Shown here: piece after piece, positions 52,458 to 64,000 of the stretch
How positions within the stretch are numbered: position 1 is the first letter of the stretch
Layout of the letters: every line of letters starts with the position of its first letter
From: Eledone cirrhosa
Taxonomy: Eukaryota
Direction: 5' to 3'
Length of the DNA: 64,000 nt
NCBI GenBank assembly: GCA_964016885.1
Contig: OZ024740.1
Location: forward strand, 218,116,001 to 218,180,000
Notes under the pieces: generated by a model
Database searches by the model: none
Told to the model about the DNA's origin: nothing
Seen by the model: only the letters and a program-made list of their open reading frames with translations
Position numbers and translations under genes: made by a program

Positions 52458-52540
52458 TTGTGTGTCTGCATGTATCTATGTACGTACGTATGTATGTATG
52501 TACGTGTGTATGTATATATATGTATGTATATATATGTGTG

Positions 52541-52599
<59 letters not shown>

Positions 52600-52630
52600 G
52601 TGTGTATATATGAATGTATGTATGTACACA
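51618..52630. repeat. Compound TA/TG/TATG microsatellite with a repeated ~45-bp module
   Basis: GTGTATTTGTGTATATGTATATATTTATGTATGTATGATGGTG at about 51805, 51883, 52081 and 52187. Confidence 0.92.
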
Positions 52631-52744
52631 TTAGACAGTAAGAATGATATCCAGTCGTTTTGTGAGTTTTCTGTAAATGCATCTTAGAAAGTAATTGAAC
52701 TTATTAAAGGCATTACAACTAGTGGAACTAAGGAGAGTTTACTG

Positions 52745-53166
52745 TCATCGCTGGTGGCATCGTAGTCATCGTCGTAGTCATCATCATCATCGTAGTCATC
52801 ACCATCACCATTATCATCATCGTCATCGTCATCGTCGTCATCGTCATCGTCATCATCGTGATTGTCATCGTCATCATCGTTATCATCATCATCATCATCG
52901 TCGTCATCATCATCATCATCGTCATCGTCATCGTCATCATCGTGATTGTCATCGTCATCACCGTCATCGTCATCATCGTCATCATCATCATCATCATCGC
53001 CGTCATCATCATCATCATCATCGTCGTCGTCATCATCATCATCATCGTCGTCATCGTCATCATCATCATCATCATCATCACCATCATCACCATCACCATT
53101 ATCATCATCACCATCATCATCATCATCACCATCACCATTATCATCATCACCATCACCATCATCATC

Positions 53167-53198
<32 letters not shown>

Positions 53199-53241
53199 CA
53201 TCATCACCATCACCATTATCATCATCACCATCACCATCATC

Positions 53242-53273
<32 letters not shown>

Positions 53274-53632
53274 CATCATCACCATCGTCATCATCACCAT
53301 CACCATCACCACCATCACCACCGCCACCACCATCATCACCATCATCACCATCGTCATCATCACCATCACCATCACCATCACCACCACCACCACCACCACC
53401 ACCACCACCACCATCACCACCACCACCACCACCACCACCACCACCACCACCACCATCACCACCACCACCATCACCACCATCACTGAACTCTCCATGGTCA
53501 GCACATCATCATTATTTCATAATTACCATCACCATCATCATCAACAGTATCAGCAGCAGGAACACTACTAGCATCATCATCCTAACCATAATGATGCTGA
53601 CGACGATGATGATGATGATGGTGATGATGGTG

Positions 53633-53664
<32 letters not shown>

Positions 53665-54077
53665 GATGATGATGATGATGGTGATGATGGTGATGATGAT
53701 GGTGATGATGATGGTGATGATGGTGATGATGATGATGATGGTGATGATGGTGATGATGATGATGATGGTGATGATGATGGTGATGATGGTGATGATGATG
53801 GTGATGATGATGGTGATGATGGTGATGATGATGATGATGGTGATGATGGTGATGATGATGATGATGGTGATGATGATGGTGATGATGGTGATGATGATGG
53901 TGATGATGATGATGCCGACGATGACGACGATGACGGTGACGATGATGATGATGTTGATGATGATGTTGATAATGATGAGGATGATGTTGATAATGATGAT
54001 GACGATGATGATGTTGATGATGATGGTGATGATGGTGATGATGATGGTGATGGTGATGCTGATGACGATGATGATGC
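52745..54077. repeat. (CAT/CGT/CAC)n tract followed by its complement (GAT/GGT)n
   Basis: 52745-53482 and 53590-54077 in opposite orientation. Confidence 0.95.
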
Positions 54078-54169
54078 TTACCAACGTCATCCTCAACGAA
54101 AAGTAACATTACATTAACGGAACAAAAGAGAACATTAAAAGTGCTCGGAGTTGCCTGGACGTTCTCCAA

Positions 54170-55985
<1,816 letters not shown>

Positions 55986-56539
55986 ATTTGGTGATCTTGT
56001 CGTTCGTTACGAAACGCTCTTTTTGTTGTTGCTTCTATGGAGCACTATAGAACGGCATTTTCCTATCTTTCTATCTTCTTACTCTTATACATTTAGGGCA
56101 ATGAATGTAACTTAACAACATCGGCAAAGTTAGAAGCAGACGATAGATACAGAGGATGTAAAAGATGAGAAGAATGGAAGATGACTTGTACCAAATGGAC
56201 ATTTCTTTAGGGCAACAACAACAGCAATAATAGCAATAACAACAACAACAAAATATGAGGAATTTCTCCAGTGAAATTTCTCTGCCATTACTATACTTTT
56301 CATTATTAGGAGGAATCGCTTTTAGCTAGAGCTCGGGCTGTGGCTGGTTGGCAAGATGGCTGGCAAGATGGCTGACAAGATGGCTGGCAACTAATTGTAG
56401 CACGGTTCCTGCTTTTCAACCCCGAAAGGTGAATGAATACAACACGTGGAAATTAGTATGTGGAAGGAGATGAGAATGGAAGAAATATGGGGGAAAATGG
56501 TATGGTGAATTGACAAAATCCCAAATGGAATGGATGGAC

Positions 56540-58670
56540 TAGTGGTGTAGTGGTGTAGTGGTGTAGTGGTTTAGTGGTGTAGTGGTGTAGGGGTGTAGTG
56601 GTGTAGTCGTTTAGTGGTATGAGTGGTGTAGTGTGTAGTGGTGTAGTGGTGTAGTAGTATAGTGGTGTAGTTGTGTAGTGGTGTAGTGGTGTGAGTGGTG
56701 TTGTGGTGTAGTGGTGTAGCGGTGTTGTGGTTTAGTGGTTTAAGGTAGTTGTGTAGTGATGTAGTGGTGTAGTGGTTTAGTGGTGTGAGTGGTGTAGTGG
56801 CGTTGTGGTGTTGTGGTGTAGTGGTGTAGTGGTGTGGTGGTGTAGTGGTGTAGTTATTTAGTGGTATAGTGGTGTAGTGGTGCAGTGGTGTAGTGGTGTA
56901 GTGGTTCAGTGGGGTTTAGTGGTGTAGTGGTGTAGTGGTGTAGTGGGGGGGGGGGTATAGTGGTGTAGTGGTGTAGTGGTGTGAGTGACGTACTGGTGTA
57001 GTGGCGTAGTGGCGTAGTGGTATAGTGGTGTAGTGGTTCAGTGGGGTGTAGTGGTGTAGTGGTGTAGTGGTGGGGTATAGTGGTGTAGTGGTGTGGTAGT
57101 TTAGTGGTATAGTGGTGTGAGTGGCGTACTGGTGTAGTGGTGTAGTGGTGTAGTGGCGTAGTGGCGTAGTGGTATAGTGGTGTAGTGGTTCAGTGGGGTG
57201 TAGTGGTGTACTGGTGTAGTGGTGTAGTGGTGGGGGTATAGTGGTGTAGTGGTGTGGTCTAGTGGTGTGGTGGTGTAGTGGTGTAGTGATGTAGTGGTGT
57301 AGTGGTGTAGTGGTGTAGTGTTGTAGTGGTCTAGCGGTGTGGTGTAGTGGTGTAGTGATGTAGTGGTGTAGTGGTGTAGTGGTTTAGTGTAGTTGTGTAG
57401 TGGTGTAGTGGTGTAGTGGTGTAGTGGTGTGGTGGTGTAGTGGTTTACTGGTGTAGTGGTATAGTGGTGTAATGGTGTAGTGGTTTAGTGGGGTTTAGTG
57501 GTGTAATGGTGTAGTGGTGTAGTGGTATAGTGGTGTAATGGTGTAGTGGTTTAGTGGGGTTTAGTGGTGTAATGGTGTAGTGGTGTAGTGGTATAGTGGT
57601 GTAATGGTGTAGTGGTTTAGTGGGGTTTAGTGGTGTAATGGTGTAGTGGCGTAGTGGTATAGTGGTGTAATGGTGTAGTGGTGTACTGGTTTAGTGGTGT
57701 ACTGGTTTAGTGGTTTAGTGGTGTAGTAGTGTAGTGGTGTAGTGGTGTAGTGGTATAGTGGTATAGTGGTGTAGTGGTATAGTGGTGTAGTGGTGTGGTG
57801 GTGTGGTGGTTTAGTGGTGTAGTGGTGTAGTGGTGTAGCGGTATAGTGGTGTGGTGGTGTGGTGGTTTAGTGGTGTAGTGGTGTAGTGTTGTGGTGGTGT
57901 GGTGGTGTAGTGGTATAGTTGGGTTTAATGGTGTAGTGGTGTAGTGGTATAGTGGTGAGTGGTGTAGTGGTGTAGTGGTGTGGTGGTTTAGTGGTGTAGT
58001 GGTGTAGTGGTGTAGTGGTGTAGTGGTGTAGTGGTGTAGTGCTTTAGTGGTGTAGTGGTGTAGTGGTGTAGTGGTGTAGTGGTGTGGTGGTGTGGTGGTG
58101 AAGTGGTGTAGTGGTGTGGTGGTTTAGTGGTGTAGTGGTGTAGTGGTGTGGTGCTTTAGTGGTATAGTGGTGTAGTGGTGTAATGGTGTAGTGGTGAAGT
58201 GGTGTAGTGGTGTAGTGGTTTAGTGGTGTAGTGGTGTAGTGGTGTGGTGCTTTAGTGGTATAGTGGTGTAGTGGTGTAATGGTGTAGTGGTGAAGTGGTG
58301 TAGTGGTGTAGTGCTTTAGTGGTATTGTGGTGTAGTGGTGTAGTGGTGTGGTGCTTTAGTGGTGTAGTGGTGTAGTGGTGTAATGGTGTAGTGGTGAAGT
58401 GGTGTAGTGGTGTAGTGCTTTAGTGGTATTGTGGTGTAGTGGTGTAGTGGTGTGGTGCTTTAGTGGTGTAGTGGTGAAGTAGTGTCGTGGTGTAGTGATG
58501 TAGTGGTGTGGTGGTTTAGTGGTATAGTGGTGTAGTGGTGTAGTGGTGTGGTGGTTTAGTGGTGTAGTGGTGTAGTGGTGTGGTGGTTTAGTGGTGTAGT
58601 GGTGTAGTGGTGTGGTGCTTTAGTGGTATAGTGGTGTAGTGGTGTAGTGGTGTGGTGGTGTAGTGGTGTA
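56540..58670 (+). repeat. 8-bp satellite (TAGTGGTG)n
   Basis: About 2.1 kb with period 8; a local 66-bp higher-order repeat at 57461-57660. Confidence 0.96.
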
Positions 58671-58673
58671 GGG

Positions 58674-58868
58674 AAAGAAGAAGAAGAAGAAGAAGAAGAA
58701 GAAGAAGAAGAAGAAGAAGAAGAAGAAGAAGAAGAAGAAGAAGAAGAAGAAGAAGAAGAAGAAGAAGAAGAAGAAGAAGAAGAAGAAGAAGAAGAAGAAG
58801 AAGAAGAAGAAGAAGAAGAAGAAGAAGAAGAAGAAGAAGAAGAAGAAGAAGAAGAAGAAGAAGAAGAA
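58674..58868 (+). repeat. Pure (GAA)n microsatellite
   Basis: About 65 uninterrupted triplets. Confidence 0.98.
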
Positions 58869-59657
58869 TTGTTTCTACATTTGGCAAAAGACTAGCAATT
58901 CGAAAGAAAAGGGAAAATCGACTAAATTAACCCCAGTGCATTACTGGTACTTTATCTTAACGAAGAATGAAAGGTAAAGTTAACCTCGATAGGATTAGAA
59001 CTCAAAATGTAAACAATCATAACATTTTGTATGACGCTCTACCGATACTTCCAATCCATCGCAATAATGATAATAAAAATTATAGTAATAATTGTTTCTA
59101 CTTTTGGCACAAGGCCAGCAAATACCCAGTACATTACTGGTACTTTATTTTATTGACCCCGTAAGGATGAAAGGCAAAGTTAACCTCGGCGAGATTTGAA
59201 CTCTGATCGTAAAGGGACGTAACTCTATGCGTCAAAGCATGGCGTCCGACCCTCTACTGATACTGTCATTCCTTCAGATCTAGACACAATGCCAGCAATG
59301 TTGGGGCGATACTACCAATCATCAGTAATAATAACAATAATAATTGTTTCTACTTGTGGCACAAGGCCAGCAATTATTCCAGTGCATAACTGGTACTTTA
59401 TTTTATCGATTCCGTAAGTATGAACGGCAAAATTATCCTCGGCGGGATTTGAACTCAGACCGTAAAGGGGCGTAACTGTATTCTGCAAAGCATAGCGTCC
59501 GACCCTCTACCGATATTACCAAAATAATTGTTTCTACTTTTGGCACAAGGCCAGCAAATACCCAGTACATTACTGGTACTTTATTTGATCGACCCCGTAT
59601 GGATGAAAAGCAAAGTTAACCTTGGCTGGATTTGAACTCAGATCATAAAGGGACGTA
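58868..59657 (-). mobile_element. Cluster of four same-orientation SINE family 1 copies
   Basis: Copies begin TTGTTTCTAC at about 58869, 59092, 59344 and 59528; each matches 26639-26855. Confidence 0.88.
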
Positions 59658-59689
59658 ATGATGATGATGATGGTGGTGATGATGATGAT

Positions 59690-60800
59690 GATTTATTTAT
59701 TAACCTCAAAGGGTTTACACCAAGAAAAACATTATGATGGCACAGGACGAAAACATAGTGTGTGTATGTGTGGGTTTTGCGTGTTAGCAAATTTTAACAA
59801 TGTTAAAAAAGAAAGATAATAAAAATTAAAACAAAAAGGATTCCTGAATAGAGAGGAGACGTTCGTGGGTCACTCGTGGAAAACCCCATAAAACTACGGC
59901 TTCCCTGATATCTAGGGTAAGTATCATGTCCCAGTTGTTCTCCAATCCATAAGTTTACACTCAGAGCGGGCCCATTCACTCGGGCTATGCTCGCCTGATT
60001 TTCCTCTTCAAGTGAAACCTGAAGAAGTTAATCAGGGTTTCACCGAAGAGGAAAGTGCTCGTCTTCAATCCTTTCAAGCACGTCGACCATACAACCTCTT
60101 TCAACATGGCCACAAGATAGATAAAAATAGCCTGTCCTTCTTGACTAAAGAAAGGCGCCGGGACAATCTTCATAATTGACTCGGCTAATAACCTGATCCG
60201 TCCTACACACTACAGCAGGTGTTTGACATAAACCCACAAATTAGCAACGCTCGGACACTGGACGAGAGCGTGCATGACGGTTTCGTCGCCCTGCGCGCAT
60301 CTCGGACAGGCCCGGCTGACGGCTCTTCCATGCCTGTAGAGTTTATCTCAAACTGTCAAAGCTTCTCGGTAGCACTGCTAGGCCAAGGATTTCTGGAAAT
60401 TATCCATGGGCCCTGGGCCCAAAGTCCTCCCTAAAAGAGTGCCTAGTTAATGTTCGTCGATGCATAGAGTTTTCCCTAGAACGTCGTCGCTTTCATCCGC
60501 CACTAACTTCTTTAGAATACCAAGGTGGAGTTTCCACCTTTTATAGTGCCCGATTGGCGGAGGACTGTGAGCGCCTAAAGACACTCCAGTTTCGAAGCGC
60601 TCTCCCTCGGCCTCCGCTTGACCCAGGACTGCAGTTCCGTTAAGGAGACGGGCTGGGTAACATGCGTCTGGGAAACGGTGCCCACACTTGTTCACTGTTA
60701 AGGAAAAGATGCTGATGTCACAGCTTCGGTGGCGCATGCTTGTGCATCATCAGCCACGGCCTTCCCAGTCCTCCATGCAACAGGTGTTGACAACAGATGA
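59690..60800 (-). mobile_element. Tx1/L1-clade LINE 3' fragment, decayed
   Basis: Minus strand HGGLG.P.L, then CPRC...DETVMHALVQCP knuckle (about 60252-60312), VVW; 3' end AATAAATAAA joined to (CAT)n. Confidence 0.78.
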
Positions 60801-61371
60801 ACCACATGACTATAGAATGATTTCTTTATTAGCCGCACAAGGTTTACTTTAAGAGGGCAATAAGGACGTTACAGCGTGGGTTTTGTGTGTGAGAGAGAAA
60901 GGTTTATAAAGAAATAATAAGAAGAACAACAACAACGACGACGACGACGTCGACGATGTCACTACATCAACAAAACGATGGAAGCTTTCAATATATATAT
61001 ATATATATATATTCAAAAATCCAACAGCATCACCATCACATCATCTGAGTAAAGAATAGGAAGTAACAGACTGGATGAACTTTTGTCTCCATCAAAAGTT
61101 TGTAGGAGTGAAAGAGAAGAGGAAGGAAGGAGGAAAAGAAGGAAGGTGTGTAGGAAAGAAGAAAGGCTAAAAGTGAAATGGAGAATAAGTATTTGATGAA
61201 AAGGTACGCTTAGATTACTGAAGAGGAGATGATTAGGAAATGTTCGATATGAACAATTTTTGGTAAGATTATATTATTGATAGGAAGAGAAGTACGATAG
61301 AAAGAGTGAAGATAATATCGAGATTGTTAAGTTAAGATGGTGGATGACTGCTGGTGAAAACTTTACACGAA

Positions 61372-61790
61372 GGTACGTGGGTTGGTGAGTAAGGTGTTCA
61401 GCTGACGATCGTAAGGTTACGAGTTCGATTCTCAGCGGCGGATTGTGTATGATTGCTGGTGAAAACTTTACATTAAGACACGTGGCTTGCTGGTTAGTGT
61501 GTTCGGCTCACGATCATAAGGTTGCGAATTCGATTCCCGTCTTCGCTATGTGTCCTCGTGTATAGCACGTTTCTCCAATCTACTAAGTTGGGGAAGAGGA
61601 TGAATTGTACCTGTGATTCAGAAGGTCAGCCAAGTCATATTTGTGTTGAGTTAAATCTGAGCATTACGTTAACGATACACGTGTCTGTGGAAATGCTCTT
61701 CCACTTTCACGTTAATTTCACAAGTTGATTATTCCGTTGATTAAACAAGGGGAACAACACTCGTCGTCGTAACTGACGGGGACCCAGTAA
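61372..61790 (+). mobile_element. SINE family 2 with duplicated tRNA-like head
   Basis: Heads at about 61372 and 61477, each preceded by TGCTGGTGAAAACTTTACA; B-boxes GTTCGATTC and ATTCGATTC. Confidence 0.75.
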
Positions 61791-62191
61791 TGCCAGAAAA
61801 CATTATGGAAAGAGAGCTGAAACATAGGGTCAAAGATAAAGGACACATTAAGAAAGACTGTCTCTCTGTGTGTGTGTGTATGTGGGAATGTGTAAGTGTA
61901 TGTCTGTGTGTGTGTGCATGTGTGTGCATGTGTATATGTTTGTATGTGTCTGTGTGTTTATGTGTGTGAGCATATTTGCCTATGTATACGTATATGTATG
62001 CGTGTCTGAGTGTGCATGTGTGTGTGTGAGCATGTGTGAGTGGGGGGGGGGTTAAAATGCAATGGTAGACAGAAGAGAGAGAGAGGAGTAGAGAATATTG
62101 TATAGAGATTGACAACAAGGAAGAAGGAAAAAAGTTTTGGATGGAAATGGTAGGTGTGTGTATGTGTGTGTTGAGAGGGGGGGTAGAAAAG

Positions 62192-62227
<36 letters not shown>

Positions 62228-62344
62228 CAAAGAGAAAGAAAGAAAACATAAGAGAAGTAAAAATGGGGTCGATGGTGGGTGGAAGGAGAAAAAGGAGACG
62301 TGTGAGACAACGGTGACAAAGAAGGAAATGGACAGACAGAGAGA

Positions 62345-62360
62345 CAAACAGATAGATAGG

Positions 62361-62413
<53 letters not shown>

Positions 62414-62539
62414 TTCTTTATTAGCCACAAGGGCGCACAAGAAAAGGGGCCAATACAAAGACATGCCGGGGATTTTACATGCAGTCGTGTAAAAAATATA
62501 AAAACAAACAATAGATAGATAGATAGATAGATAGATAGG

Positions 62540-62570
<31 letters not shown>

Positions 62571-62571
62571 G
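62345..62571. repeat. (GATA)n microsatellite split by a ~100-bp retroelement 3' tail (62412-62511, minus)
   Basis: The insert ends GGCTAATAAAGAAAT on the minus strand; the same terminus occurs at about 60820. Confidence 0.8.
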
Positions 62572-62864
62572 GGGTGAAGAGATCAAGAGAGGGTGAGAAG
62601 AAAGAGAGAGAGAATGAAAACATAAACAAAAGACGAGAATATGACAAAGAAAAGAGGAAGAAAATGTAATAAAGAAAGGTCAGAAATGGCGAACACCGAT
62701 GTGTACACAATGTACAGTTCACTTTATAAGTACAAAAATGTGAAGTGAAATACTATCTAATAGGTCGTGGCCTATTGCTACTAATAAAAGAAACGACAAA
62801 TTGAATGGACTCCACTTTCCTGATCTTATATATATATACATATATATATATATGAATGTATGTA

Positions 62865-62943
<79 letters not shown>

Positions 62944-63223
62944 CTGGGTGTATATATGTATATATATATATGTGTGTGTGTGTGAGAGTTTGTGTGTGGG
63001 GGGGGGGGGGCTGTATGAATTCATTCAATAAATGATTATTAATTTCCATATTGGCTAATGTCATATATGAAGTGTCGTTAAAAAAATAATAAAACACAAT
63101 AATAAGGGGGAAAATGGCGTCTATTTCGAATTAACGTTCTCACATGTACAATATATAGTGGTTCTTTTCTTTTGACAGTTAACATGGAGAAAGAACTGCA
63201 ATGATTACATTCATCGTGTCGTT

Positions 63224-63552
<329 letters not shown>

Positions 63553-64000
63553 TGAAGCATCAGCCTAAATGCTCTATCAGTATTTAGTTCCGTCCTTCGT
63601 CGGTTTTGCTGAATCTCTAAAATATATGACAAGCAATATATCTCACTTGGCTAGAACTAATTATCAAAGAGAAATATTTTTTTGTTCTCCGCACTACGGA
63701 AGTAATTTTGATTAGTTAAAATGTCTTGCTTTGCTACATTATTAAGTATGTTAATACTGACTTCGATATAAGAGAATATCGTGTTTTGTTTAACCCTAGG
63801 TCTGCTCTAATCCAACAGAGTTCTAATCAACGATATTTGTTCCGGTTATCTGTTCTCAGTATTCAAATCCCACCGAGGTTAGTTAATTTTACCTCTCGTT
63901 CCTTCAGGGACGATAAAATAAACTATCACTCCAGGATACCTCCCATCCTTAGAATAATATCTATTTTATTCGGTTCAAATAAGGATTAAAACACATGCAT

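Noticed and set aside
61372-61545. tRNA genes
   Set aside because: A/B boxes are present, but there is no complete cloverleaf and the sequence continues into a SINE body.

Overview
Eukaryotic, repeat-saturated DNA with no supportable host gene. The SINE families and extreme microsatellite load suggest an octopus-like mollusc (inference). Positions 1-13129 are a degenerate (TTAGGG)n array punctuated by a TTAGCTG 7-mer. It abuts, in opposing orientation, an 11-bp satellite (GCTAAATCTAA, 13130-21892) with 33-bp and ~3.9-4.1-kb higher-order structure. A 200-N scaffold gap follows. The rest is a mosaic of mostly decayed transposable elements, largely inserted in microsatellites: an R4/Dong-like RLE fragment, three Penelope-like elements, a deleted/chimeric Gypsy with three LTRs, a full-length RTE LINE, a Tx1-like 3' fragment, two Helitron ends and many tRNA-derived SINEs, plus an 8-bp satellite. 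The most interesting signals are RNA structures read by eye: a complete type I hammerhead ribozyme inside a fold-back element (39.1 kb), paired minimal hammerheads in inverted pseudo-LTRs (33.9/37.4 kb), an HDV/CPEB3-like fold at the RTE 5' end (44.1-44.3 kb), and a covarying pseudoknot shared by two diverged retroelement leaders (22.7 and 44.4 kb). All structures are hand-folded and untested. Most ORFs in the supplied track are microsatellite artefacts.
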